A DNA stretch of 64,000 nucleotides from Bdellovibrionales bacterium (GTDB lineage Bacteria > Bdellovibrionota > Bdellovibrionia > Bdellovibrionales > UBA1609), in assembly GCA_965261545.1 (NCBI GenBank), contig CBDHDF010000011.1:736001-800000 (forward strand), in the 5' to 3' direction. The number at the start of each line of letters is the position of its first letter. Positions within the stretch are counted from its first letter, which is position 1. Below, piece after piece: positions 1 through 10,557 of the stretch. The notes under the pieces are model-generated. The model was not told the origin of the DNA. It did no database searches and worked only from the letters and a program-made list of their open reading frames with translations. The position numbers and the translations under genes are program-made.

Positions 1-1098
1 TTCCTTGAGTTTCTTTTTTCCTGTGTTTGTTTCTGGCTTTTTTGTTTCGCCACGACGCCAGTGCTCAACCATACCAGTGGAATTGACGGCATCAGCAAAG
101 GCTTGTATTTCGGACGGATCTTGTGATGATTCCTTATTCAAGTGGATTCGTACCAAATCGAGTATTTCTTGTTCCGTTTTACCTTTCAGTTCTAATTGCC
201 ACCGTCCCTCCGGAGTTTTCATTGCCTCGTGTCGCTCTTTTTCCTCAATACGCTTTTGGTCTTCGTTACACAATTTTTTTACCCAATGGTCTGTTTTCTC
301 CTTGTCATGGATAAAGCGTCCATACCCAATTGCTGTTTTGGCGCCAACCCCAACCTCTTGAAGAGCATCGATCAACCAATGAGAAATAGTTTGGAGATCG
401 TTATCATTCACAGTCTTCTGGCAAGGGATAATCCCAAATAAGAAAGATGTGTCAGCGGCCGTCGTTAGAAAGGGAATGGGGGTGGGAGATCGCCAATCTC
501 CTGGTGGATCCTTCTCACTCCAGCCCGCATAGTGGGGAGTCATGATATCGGCCTCAAGTTGCACTGGATTAACTGGGATAGCGTCGAGAAAACATATGTC
601 ACCTGCTTGTGTTGAGTCTCCAAAAAAATGATCCAAAAGTTCTTGCTTAGAATTATCAACATTAACCTCCATATTTACCCACGAGCGAATCAAGCCTTTG
701 ACCGAACTTCCTGGAAGGTAGGGAGTGCCCAATGTTGGATGCCAGGCAAAACCGTTTTCAATGGGATGATTCAGACCCATTCCCGTGACAAACCGAGACT
801 CAGTTTTGAAGATATTAAATTGGCCACCACGCTTTTGGATCATTTGTATCAAACGTAATACATTCTCTGTGAGTTGCTTCTTGATTCCAACTGGGCCATT
901 ATTGAATCCAGTAACAGTTTGGATCCAAGCGAGTTTCGGGTTGCTATCTTTACTCGAAAGTGTCCAAGAATTGCCAGAGTTGTCTTCCTTCTTGACTTGC
1001 CATTTGTTACAGAATTTGTCAAACCACAAGCCCGCATGTCCATCAGGCTCCCAACTCACTGGCTCTTGGCGTTTATATAGTGGAAGCTTCCCATTCAT
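1..1098 (-). CDS. cmr6: Type III-B RAMP protein Cmr6 (3' end runs off the window)
   Basis: Manual translation from ATG at 1098 gives MNGKLPLYK...GLWFDKF, ADIMTPHY, PIPFL and GVGAKTAIGYGRF, which are Cmr6 motifs. It lies directly after the native cmr5 stop (1102-1104). It is missing from the ORF track because it is open at the window edge. Confidence 0.9.
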   Translation of the reverse strand, partial: MNGKLPLYKRQEPVSWEPDGHAGLWFDKFCNKWQVKKEDNSGNSWTLSSKDSNPKLAWIQTVTGFNNGPVGIKKQLTENVLRLIQMIQKRGGQFNIFKTESRFVTGMGLNHPIENGFAWHPTLGTPYLPGSSVKGLIRSWVNMEVNVDNSKQELLDHFFGDSTQAGDICFLDAIPVNPVQLEADIMTPHYAGWSEKDPPGDWRSPTPIPFLTTAADTSFLFGIIPCQKTVNDNDLQTISHWLIDALQEVGVGAKTAIGYGRFIHDKEKTDHWVKKLCNEDQKRIEEKERHEAMKTPEGRWQLELKGKTEQEILDLVRIHLNKESSQDPSEIQAFADAVNSTGMVEHWRRGETKKPETNTGKKKLKE

Positions 1099-1122
1099 GT
1101 CTTATTCCCTTCACCCTTGGGT

Positions 1123-2539
1123 CAATGCCGTTTCCTTAAGCCACCACACCCCTCTGCCTCTGCGTTAAGCTATTTCTTTTAAAAGAACTCCCAGCGCTTT
1201 TGATAGACCTTTCATAGCTTCTTTTGAAGTGCCTCCTCTTCTCCATTGAAATCTTCATCAGCAACTTTATCTGCTTCCTAAATTTCTGATAGAGCCCCGC
1301 AACAAAAAGAGGGATGCTATCCATTATGAAATCAAGAATCAGTTTAAAGTTAGGTTTTTTGTAGTCATTTTTTACCAACTGATTCACACTGTCTTCATCC
1401 TCATTTATGCTCATTTGAATCTTTGTATAATTGAAGAGCCAAAAATAAGAATACAGCTCTTGCAATATTCCATTAAGGCTTGTTGAGTGCCACTGCTCCA
1501 TTTTCATTGTCGATGTAAAATCACGAAATGTCGTTTCTATTTCCCAACGACGAGAGTAAAGAGCAACCATATCCTTCTTGTCCAAGGAGCCATGCGGAAG
1601 ATTAGTGGCCAAAACAGAGAACTCCCCAGTCTTTGGGTTTTTATACTTATAGAGATGAATGACCACCCCCTCAATAACCATTTGTGAATACCAACCTGGG
1701 CCATTAAATAAATTTACGATGGGGATAAAAGTAGAGCCTCGCTTACAACGCGCAATAAAGAAGTTACTGGCTTGAGCATGGGCCTTAATAATCTCTGTAG
1801 ATAAATAAAGCCTATCGTAGAGAGTTATGCTATTACTCTCAAAACTACCTATCATTTGAATAGCATTGGCGATTTCGTTGAGAGCGGGAGAAAAGCAAAG
1901 ATTCTTTGTCACACCCGATAAAACGTCATAAGCATGAGATAGATACATACGTAAGAAATGAGTTTCCATCTCATTTGGGCAAGGGTACCCACAATAACCC
2001 TCCTTTAAAAGATCTTTAGAGCGAGGAAGTGCTAATTGGTCGCCATCTATGGCATAGATATAAAAACCATGAAACGTTTTTCTCAATGGTTCGTAGTCTG
2101 TAATCAGAGATTCAAAGATATCTTTGAAAAATAGGTAAGAAATACTTTGACGTATCTTGCTGAGACTGCTTTTGACTGGCATGAGAAGCAGGTCACCAAA
2201 ATGAGTCCATACCGTCTTAAGAGCGATTTGGTAGCCTTCGTAATTTGTTCCGGAAATAAGATAGATAATGGTAAAAAAGAAAATTTGAGGATTAAATTTT
2301 CGATTCCTTTTTTGTTTTTCTGGATCGACAAGGTGCTCTGGCTTGAAGGAAGAATCAAGTTTTGGTAGAATAAAATGGTCATCTGTGACGCGAACTCGTC
2401 ATTTGGGGGCTTTCGAGATCAATATTGGATTGCATGTGACTTACTCCTTGGTTGAGGGTTGGGTGTAAAATAAAACAAGTCTTATTCTTGTCGATTTATC
2501 TAATGATTTCAAGAGATTTTTCTTAAGGAAACGGCATTG
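1123..2539 (-). mobile_element. IS4-family element A, copy 1 (1417 bp), inserted in the last codons of cmr5
   Basis: Terminal IR CAATGCCGTTTCCTTAAG at both ends; 10-bp TSD ACCCTTGGGT (1113-1122 and 2540-2549). Confidence 0.95.
1136..2182 (-). CDS. IS4-family DDE transposase (frame stays open ~72 codons further upstream)
   Basis: AIDG, YDRLY and YSRRWEIETTFR (YREK-type) motifs. Confidence 0.9.
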   Translation of the reverse strand: MPVKSSLSKIRQSISYLFFKDIFESLITDYEPLRKTFHGFYIYAIDGDQLALPRSKDLLKEGYCGYPCPNEMETHFLRMYLSHAYDVLSGVTKNLCFSPALNEIANAIQMIGSFESNSITLYDRLYLSTEIIKAHAQASNFFIARCKRGSTFIPIVNLFNGPGWYSQMVIEGVVIHLYKYKNPKTGEFSVLATNLPHGSLDKKDMVALYSRRWEIETTFRDFTSTMKMEQWHSTSLNGILQELYSYFWLFNYTKIQMSINEDEDSVNQLVKNDYKKPNFKLILDFIMDSIPLFVAGLYQKFRKQIKLLMKISMEKRRHFKRSYERSIKSAGSSFKRNSLTQRQRGVVA

Positions 2540-2940
2540 ACCCTTGGGTAATAGAGCCCGGCAGCATTTCTTGTGCCACTCCAGCCAAGCCAATGCTTCA
2601 GCTTGGGCATGAAGGTAGAAGCATTCAGAGTTCTCCATGATGGTCTCCAAGAGATCCTTATCTTGTGGGTACACACCGTCTGTTCGGCAAAGCCATTTAT
2701 TCAAACTGAGATACAGTTCGTGATGTGCTTGCTCATCATTGTTTCTTTTTTCTTTGGATCCGGCGGCAGCTCGTTCTGTTGCCAGTGCTTGTCCCAAACC
2801 GTTCATGATAATACTTGGCCCTAGGCGGTTTACATAGGCACGATATCGTGCCTTGAATTTATCATCATCATTATTCTTTTCACTTAGGTTTTTGACACGC
2901 TTCAATGCATCTTCTGCCCGTTGTTGTTCAATGGTTTTCT

Positions 2941-3855
2941 TCACTCTGCCCCCTTATTATTACTAGGGAAGCGCACTGCGAACCAACCCTGACCTACAGT
3001 TTCATTGCCACCAACCTGGAGATAGGGGTCGTTTGCAGGGAAAAGTGCCTTCATGGTGTCCCATGCCTCATTTTTACGGGCTGCCACAATGGCGTACATG
3101 ATTGTGTCTGGAGGCAGCGTCTCTTCGTACCACAGGTTTTCACTCTTCTTGCTGCCATCTTTAGCCAAGACGTTGCGTGCCTGAATGGATAGCCCATAAC
3201 GAACAAACCATGCAAAGTCATCATCGTGCAAAATCGCAATTTGATTTTGCAAGCGATCTTGGGTTTCTTGGTGAAGCACAAGGTATTTGATAGAATCCAC
3301 CAAATCTATCAATAAACTATCAGGCTGGCCTTTCATAATTTCAAACTGTCGTTCCTCAAGAAACAACATTTCAAACTGTCGTTCCTCAAGAAACAACTTC
3401 CCATCACTAGATGCAAGAACAACCCCTTTTTGCTCAATAGTAGGAACCTTAAACTGGTGATTCAAGCCAGCCCGTTTGAGATCACGGCAGTATCTTTCAA
3501 TAAGGTGAGGGCAAGTCACCCAACGGAATGTGCCAGTTAAGCTTCGTACTGGAAGCAGCAATAATCGTCCATCTGCCACTATGAGGTCCCCAGCATGATC
3601 TGGTTTCCCGAAGTGCTTACTGTGCTTTTTGCATATCTCTTTAGTTGTTTCAGTTGCCTCAGTCTTCTCAACCTCCTGGGCCCCATCAACCATCTCGGCC
3701 TTGTCTCGGAGTGCTCCCTTCAGGCTTGACCCCACAAGCACCGGATAGCTTGTAGCTGCTTCTCGTGCTACGGGGAGGTCTACAACTCCCATACTACGTC
3801 CTGCCCCTGGATGAACTGGAGTTTCAGCCAAGAGTCCAAGAATTGCTTTTTGCAT
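2941..3855 (-). CDS. cmr4: Type III-B RAMP Cmr4 (target RNA-cleaving backbone)
   Basis: ETPVHPGAG, VVDLPVARE (catalytic Asp position), SSLKGALR, LWYEETLP and QVGGNETVGQG motifs. Confidence 0.95.
   Translation of the reverse strand: MQKAILGLLAETPVHPGAGRSMGVVDLPVAREAATSYPVLVGSSLKGALRDKAEMVDGAQEVEKTEATETTKEICKKHSKHFGKPDHAGDLIVADGRLLLLPVRSLTGTFRWVTCPHLIERYCRDLKRAGLNHQFKVPTIEQKGVVLASSDGKLFLEERQFEMLFLEERQFEIMKGQPDSLLIDLVDSIKYLVLHQETQDRLQNQIAILHDDDFAWFVRYGLSIQARNVLAKDGSKKSENLWYEETLPPDTIMYAIVAARKNEAWDTMKALFPANDPYLQVGGNETVGQGWFAVRFPSNNKGAE
3338..3397. repeat. Perfect 30-bp in-frame tandem duplication inside cmr4
   Basis: ATTTCAAACTGTCGTTCCTCAAGAAACAAC occurs twice; the protein reads LFLEERQFEMLFLEERQFEI. 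Confidence 0.95.
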
Positions 3856-6344
3856 AAATTCACCTCCAATTACTAAGTTAAATATTAAGTCAATTTAATT
3901 TAAATTAAATAAAGTTAAGTTAAGTCATAGATATTAGGCATCAGATTGGCTATTAGGTGTTGAGGCACTTAATGCGGCCAAATACCAAGTGTTACAAGGC
4001 CAAAACCCCATTCTTGTCGTGCTCCTATCTTTAGCACGCCCTTATTTGTTTTCATTGAGTCCATGGTTTTTTGAAAAATTTCAAAATTAGCACTTTTACC
4101 GCCATCACAAAAGAGGACACCCCCTGGGGGTAGTACCGATCGAAGTGGCAGGGGTTTGCGTGTCAATGAGTTCCATCCTCCGATTCGCTGTGGCCGGTCC
4201 AAACATGCAGAAACAACAAGGGCTCCACCTAGAGCCTCAATGGGTTTCTTGCCACAATAAATCTCTTTTTTGAGATCAAGAGGTGACAATGCAATAACTG
4301 CTATTCGCCCATTTTGATCATTCTTGATCTTCTCCTTGATTTCCTCTAGAGGCAGTTTAAGGTACGAATCAGTGCTCCATTCTTTACACTCCACAAGTCG
4401 ACTTTCACCACCAAAGGGTACCAGTTGATTCACTCCGGTGGGAGGATCAAAGGGTAACTTCCAATTTTCTGGAATGCCGGTGATATTTGCCCCAATAGAA
4501 ACTCCTCGTATCAAGCGTACATGGCGAGTGCTGTAGAGCATTCCTTCTTGGGCGGCTCGCGTTTCAGTGCAACGCTTAAGTCCTATGCGTAGCTCTTCAC
4601 TCCAAAGTTCTGACTTAGGCACAATATCCTCTTGTGAGGGGATTTCACCTTGAAGTACTTTCTCCATGCCTCTTTGTGTAAGCCACAAACCTTCTCCTGT
4701 CTTAGCGGGCTTAGTAGTCTGCGCAGGGTTATAGCTTCCCGGTGCTTCAGGAAGTTGAGCGTTGTTACCTAGTTCCTGTCCAGGGAAGAAAGTTAAGTAG
4801 TTTTAAGTATTTACATGCCTTCCCTTTAGATTTTATGCTTTAAAATGGAGTCCATCAAACATAATCCGTGTAAATTCAGTTACTTACATAAAACGGAAAA
4901 ATAAAATAAGTTCCCCCCCCTCTCTTGACGAACCTTTCACAGCCCCTCCCTTTCAGTGACTTATGTGGCTATCAACTGGTTACTTGATATGAGAGGAAGA
5001 GTTGGATCAACCTGTGTTTCCACCGTGGTGATTTCAAACCTCCTTCAGGGAAATAACATTACGTTGCGCATCAACTTCAAAAAATACTTGACGTGTTTTT
5101 TCAGAGAAATAATTTTTGATATTTTATTCTTCATTTATTTTTTATGTAGGTTTTAGGAGGCGTGGGAACCTCTCTATGAGGTAGAATTCTTATCCATGTT
5201 CTCCGAGAACCTCTCTGATTTTTTTCTTCTTAAAAGACATCCTTGCTCACTTTTTTCCCTCAAAAAAACGTATGTTAATATAAAAATTAAAGAGAAACTT
5301 TCACCAAAGGGGGGACTATGCGCCATTTGAAGAAGACACAGTTGGGACTCTTTTCCCAATATCCTAACCACCAACTCAGTACAGAATTGCAGCAAATTAA
5401 TAACATCATTGATCGCCATCCAGAGTTTGCCCATATGGTTCATGAAGACCTTGTTAAAGAAAAGAAAGATTCTGGTGATATTGGTATGACATCGGAGCAA
5501 GTTCTCAAGGTGGCTATTCTTAAATCCATAAGAGGTCTTTCCTATCGTGCGTTAGCCTTTAATCTTGTCGATTCAGTATCCACCAGAGCTTTTCTGGGCC
5601 TTGAATTGGAAGAAAATTACGCTCACTCCACCTTACAGGACTTGATTGTTCAAATAAGTGAAGAAACTTGGGGAATTATTAGCGCCTCTTTAGTTTCAGA
5701 TGCAAGAGATCAAAAGATTGAGCCGTGTAAGAAAATGAGATTGGACAGTACAGTGACGAAATCAAATATTCATCATCTGTTAGCTGACAATTAAAATGCC
5801 CCACCGTCGCCAATGAAAAGTGGCCACTTTTCAGAGGAGGACCTATGGTGATTTTTGGCATTGTCAACCGAGACGCATATAATCAATTGATATTACTCAT
5901 AAAAAGGCTCCGAGCTGATAAGAACTCCTTTTGGGTTCTTGTCGACCTGGAAAGGGGCTCCGTGTTGGAGAGTCCTTCCATGACAGCCTATTCAGGTTCC
6001 ATATTTGTCATTTGTAGACTGTTTCTGGATTTCAATGAGGTTAAATATATAGTCAAGAAAAGCCTGTTTAGGCTGTGCCCATTTTCTAAAGTATTTAAAT
6101 TCCACAAGATTCCAACATTTGCCTCAATTTTCATGGAATTTCTTTCTGAAGACAGGCTTCCCTTAAAGCCGTCGCCAATTAAAATGTCCCACTTTCAATA
6201 TGGAGGTTGTCGCCAATGAAAAGTGACCAATCTTCAGGGAGTGTTCAAATACTAGACAATGAAGTCTCTTCTTCTGATATAGATACTAAGCTCACAGAGT
6301 CCCTCCCTTTTGCAACTCAAAAGGTTAGCAATGAGGAGGATCTT

Positions 6345-7811
6345 ATGATTAGTCAATACACTTTCGGCCGCATTCGTGACCTGAGTCACAGTGGTAAAAA
6401 TAAGACAGAAATATCTCGTGAATTAGGGATCAATCGTAAGACGGTGCGCAAGTACTGTGAGTCCAACACCCCACCGAAGTACAAGGCGAGGTCCAAAAGA
6501 ACTCGCCCAGATCCCCTTAATGGATATATGGATCGGGTGAAGTACTTTTTGAAGTTGAACCCAAGTAACACCGCCCGTGAAATATATGAGCTATTAGTTG
6601 AGGAGGGTTATCGTGGGAGTGAGAGAACGGTTCAGAGAAGAGTTTGTGAGATTCTTGGTTCTCGCCCCAAGGAGCGTTTTTTCAGCCAAAGATATGATCC
6701 TGGAGAACAGGCTCAGTTTGATTTTAAGGAGAAGGTTGCTTTACCATTTGCCGATGGTGTTCAGATCGTTCATCTCCATTTTGGAACATTGCCTTGTAGT
6801 GGCACCTGTTGGGTTCGTGCCTACCCCTTTCTTGTCTATGAGTGTTTCATCGATGGGGTGCATGCTTTTTTTGAAAAGATAGGTGGGATGAGTGCGAACA
6901 TCCGTATTGATAATTTATCTCCCTGTGTGAAGAAAGTTCTTAAAGGAAATCAGCGAATTTACACCCAATCTTTTGATCGAGCCATCCAATACTATGGATT
7001 TAAGGTTCTTCCCTGCCGCGCAGGGAAGGGCTCTGACAAGGGAGATGTGGAGCGTGATATTCGAACCTTCAGTTCTCGGATAAAAAATATTGTTAGAAAC
7101 AAAGGAATTGTTTTTAAAGACTGGGATCATTTGAATCAGTTTTTAGAGTCTTATATGGATCAGCATCAGAGTGACTCCACCAAATCTCGCTTTGAGGAGG
7201 AGGCCAAAGTTCTTAAGCCTTTGCCTCCACGAGATGAAGATATTCTCTGTAAGGTGAATATTTGTCAAAGTAATGGTTATGGGACTTTGAGAATAGGTAA
7301 AACCACATATTCCATACCTGATGAGGTGATCCAAGCTCCCTGTAAAACCGTACAGGGTCCCTATCATGTCACGATCTATCGTGCAGGAGGGAAGCAAGAA
7401 ATTGTCGCTCGCCATCAAAGAAAACCTGATGGGGAGCATAGTCTTCTTCTTGAACATATCCTTCCCTCTTTAGTTCGTAAGCCGCAAGCCATGGTAAGAT
7501 GGGCTCACCGATCCATTCTTTTTCCAACAAATGTGTTTGAAAATTTTTATCAATACCTCAAGCAACAAGATTCAAGCCGTGCCGAGCATGAATATTTAAG
7601 AGTTATCAACTTGATTCAGCATGTGAGTTGGCAGGACTTATCTACAGCCATGGAGCTTCAATTAGAAAGTCGTGAGATTTTCGACTTTAAATCCATAAAA
7701 GATTTGCTCTTAGGAAATCCCACCAAAATTAATTTGAATGACCAACAAAAACCACTTCAACCTAGATTGTCTCAATATGACAGTCTTGTTCCAAACATAG
7801 GAGGTTCTTAA
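6345..7811 (+). CDS. istA: IS21 transposase IstA
   Basis: N-terminal HTH (ISRELGINRKTVRKY), PGEQAQFDF, IDN and KGDVER motifs; GAGGAGG RBS before ATG 6345. Confidence 0.93.
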   Translation: MISQYTFGRIRDLSHSGKNKTEISRELGINRKTVRKYCESNTPPKYKARSKRTRPDPLNGYMDRVKYFLKLNPSNTAREIYELLVEEGYRGSERTVQRRVCEILGSRPKERFFSQRYDPGEQAQFDFKEKVALPFADGVQIVHLHFGTLPCSGTCWVRAYPFLVYECFIDGVHAFFEKIGGMSANIRIDNLSPCVKKVLKGNQRIYTQSFDRAIQYYGFKVLPCRAGKGSDKGDVERDIRTFSSRIKNIVRNKGIVFKDWDHLNQFLESYMDQHQSDSTKSRFEEEAKVLKPLPPRDEDILCKVNICQSNGYGTLRIGKTTYSIPDEVIQAPCKTVQGPYHVTIYRAGGKQEIVARHQRKPDGEHSLLLEHILPSLVRKPQAMVRWAHRSILFPTNVFENFYQYLKQQDSSRAEHEYLRVINLIQHVSWQDLSTAMELQLESREIFDFKSIKDLLLGNPTKINLNDQQKPLQPRLSQYDSLVPNIGGS

Positions 7812-8593
7812 TGAATCACGAAGAACTTATAGGTTCTCTTAAAAAACTCCGACTTCCAGCGATGGCGGATGAATATGTTGCAACGGCTAGAGTTGCCGAA
7901 AAAACAAAAAAGACGTATGAACAGTATTTAGGTATACTCGTTCAAAATGAGCTTGCTGACAAGCATTCCCAGAGAGTGAAAAGATTGCTTAAGGGGGCCA
8001 AGCTTCCTCAACTTAAATCACTCCAAACTTATAACTTCCAGAAAAGAACGGGAGTGACAGCTCAGCAAATTAATTGGATGGCAGAGGGAGAGTGGGTCAG
8101 AAAAGCCTGTAATGTTGTGTTTTACGGAAGCTTTGGAATGGGGAAAAGTCATTTGGCCATGTCCCTAGTTCGTTCACTCTGTGAACAAGGCTATCGATGT
8201 TTATGGGTCACCACTCATGAACTTATTGAAACAATGCGTGAAAGCAAGAAAGAACTCTCATTGAATGCTCTTTTTAAGAAATTAGACCGTTTTGATCTTA
8301 TTGCTTGTGATGAACTTGGCTATACAGCTTCCTGCACAGAGGGGGCAGATCTTTTCTTTCAATTCATATCTCAGCGATATGAAAGGAAAAGTCTCATGAT
8401 CACTACAAACTTAACATACTCTGAATGGGATAAGGTGTTTCTTAACCCTATTACCACCGCTGCTGCTGTTGATCGAATCATTCACAACTGTGAAACCCTC
8501 AACATTGAAGGAAAAGAAAGTTGGAGAACCGAATCGGCAAAAGCCAAGTCTAAACAGAGCAAAGAGGAAAGTTCAACCAAAGAAGTTCATTAG
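7811..8593 (+). CDS. istB: IS21 helper ATPase IstB
   Basis: Walker A GSFGMGKS, Walker B LIACDELGY, ITTNL and AAVDRIIH. Confidence 0.95.
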   Translation: MNHEELIGSLKKLRLPAMADEYVATARVAEKTKKTYEQYLGILVQNELADKHSQRVKRLLKGAKLPQLKSLQTYNFQKRTGVTAQQINWMAEGEWVRKACNVVFYGSFGMGKSHLAMSLVRSLCEQGYRCLWVTTHELIETMRESKKELSLNALFKKLDRFDLIACDELGYTASCTEGADLFFQFISQRYERKSLMITTNLTYSEWDKVFLNPITTAAAVDRIIHNCETLNIEGKESWRTESAKAKSKQSKEESSTKEVH

Positions 8594-8620
8594 AGATCCC
8601 CACTTTTGGGGAAGGAACTC

Positions 8621-8718
8621 GCCAGTTATCCACAAAATTTATCCACAGCAGCACTGCGTTGCTAGACATCGGGGTCACAGCCGCAGTGTCGCCATGGATA
8701 AATTTATGGATAACTGGC
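8621..8718 (+). other. Conserved ~95-nt hairpin with TTATCCACA motifs downstream of istB (also near 23259 and 41988)
   Basis: Self-complementary GCCAGTTATCCA...TGGATAACTGGC with inner stem CACTGCG/CGCAGTG; homologous to 16992-17086. Confidence 0.7.
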
Positions 8719-10557
8719 TTTTACCGTACTATTTGCTCGTCACTCTCGCGGAGCTTTAGACATTAGCTGCGCCAAGGAATCCTGAAAAATACTCCATTTA
8801 CCTCTGCCATAGGGCTGAAGGATGCATTTGGGGTCATGCCAAAAGTGGTGGGCAGAAAATCATTCCTCAGAATCTTGTGGCATAGTCCGAGTTAAATGAT
8901 GAGCAAAATAAAGACACTTGACTAAACTCTGAACGAAGAATAACTAAATCAGTACATCATCAACTGGCCGTTTTTCATTGGCGACGGCTTCTAAAACTGG
9001 CCAATTTTAATTGGCGCCTAACATCATCCAACGGATGCATCGCTTTTATATGACTGCATAAGAGTTACAGAAAGAGAATTTAAAAAAGTTCGTAAAAATG
9101 TCATGAAAGATTTTTGGCGACTTATTTCAAGAGAAGATCTTAAGAGAGCAAAAACCTTGCTTTACAAAATTAATAATTCCAAAAATGATGCGGAAAGACT
9201 ACCTTGCTATAAGGAGCTTTTAAAAATCGCTACCAAATTGAACAAAGGATTACCTGATACCATCAGAAAGATAAAAAAAGAACAAAAATGTGTGAAGATG
9301 AATGCTTTGAAAAAGAGTCTAAAACAGTTAGAAAATGTTGCCTTCTACCTGGAAAAAATCATCTTTCAAACTCAAAAAAGAGTTATTGAGGGGAAAAAAG
9401 TATCTTCTGAAAAAAAGGTCCTATCCATCTTTGAACCGCATACAGACATTATTGTAAAGGGGCAAAGAGAAGTCGAGTTTGGGCATAAAATCTTTTTGAC
9501 CTCAGGGCAAAGCAACATGATTTTAGATTGTCAGATCCCTGATGGCAACCCCGCAGACTCTGATATGTTTTTAAAAGTTATGAATTCAGTGACACAAACC
9601 TATGGGGCTTGCCCTGTAAAAGTAAGTGCAGATGGTGGGTTTGCTTCAAAAGAAAATCTTGAAGAGGCCAAAGAGATGGGGGCTAAAGATGTTTGCTTCC
9701 CAGAAAAAAAAGGAATGAAAATATTAAAGATGGTTAAAAGTGCTTGGGTCTTTAAAAATCTTCTCAATTGGAGAGCCGGAATAGAGGCTGTTATTTCATT
9801 CCTTAAGAGATGTTTTGGTATGAGAGTTGCTTACTGGAAAGGGCATGATGGTTTTAAGAGGTATGTAAAGAATGCCGTTTGTGCCTATAATTTTGTTGTC
9901 TTGGCAAGACATGAATTATCAACTGTCACCTAAATTTATCCATTAGGAATAACAGCAATGGACCAGGTCGAAGGTGCTAAAATCTTCCAAAGGTAGGGGT
10001 GCGTCTTCAAATCGAAAAAACTAGGGCGCAAGTCGCTTAAAGACCTTTTTCCCCTTAATCTGTAGAGTTTGTGTGGCAAATCTCCAACTCTCACTCCCCC
10101 ATTGAGGCATTGGGAGGCTCAATGGGGAGTGTCAGAGAACAAAAAATGGGCCTTTCTGGACAGAAACTACCTAGGTCGCACTCAACCTCAGGGCCTGGGC
10201 GCAGAAACACCTTTGGAATCCATTTTTTATTTTCGGTAGAGCCAAGTAAGTGGCGAGGCATGGGAAAGAGTGGTTGTGGTTGTCCGTCACAAACTCGAAG
10301 TAAAAATGGACCATCTATGGAGAGTGTACCTAGGTTTTCCGGACCATCACCAAGAACTGCATTTATTTCCTCAGACCATTTTCCATGACCATTCCAACCG
10401 TTGCACAAGGCGAGTGCTGCACGAAGCACTCCGACCACTGACATAGGGTGAGGAGGAAACAAGCTCTCCACACCGCTTTGTGGTGCACTGTCTTTCGAAA
10501 AGGGAGTGCCACTACGAAAAAACAACGTGTCTAGTGGATCAAGTTGAATACCAGCCA

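Larger units (their letters stand above)
1102..2944 (-). pseudogene. cmr5: Cmr5 small subunit with its C-terminus interrupted by IS4
   Basis: Y..RLGPSIIMNGLGQALA and AEALAWLEWHKK motifs. Removing the IS restores ...LLPKGEGE* with the stop at 1102-1104. The current ORF (2441-2944) ends in IS-derived sequence. Confidence 0.9.
5778..9023 (+). mobile_element. IS21-family element, copy 1 (3246 bp)
   Basis: TGT...ACA ends, repeated GTCGCCAATKAAAA sub-terminal motifs, 5-bp TSD TCATC, istA-istB pair. Confidence 0.95.
5318..9933 (+). pseudogene. ISNCY/IS5-like DDE transposase (~454 aa reconstructed) split by IS21
   Basis: RLDSTV..NIHHPTD, EFGHK, ADGGF and RAGIEA.IS.LKR motifs; segments 5318-5777 and 9029-9933 join in frame. 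Confidence 0.9.
4772..10167 (+). mobile_element. ISNCY (ISDol1-like) element, copy 1, with nested IS21
   Basis: IRs GTTCCTGTCCAG / CTGGACAGAAAC; 6-bp TSD TACCTA (4766-4771 and 10168-10173). Confidence 0.88.

Noticed and set aside
8621..8718. Replication origin suggested by DnaA boxes
   Set aside because: The boxes lie inside multicopy IS elements with no dnaA, dnaN or rep context.
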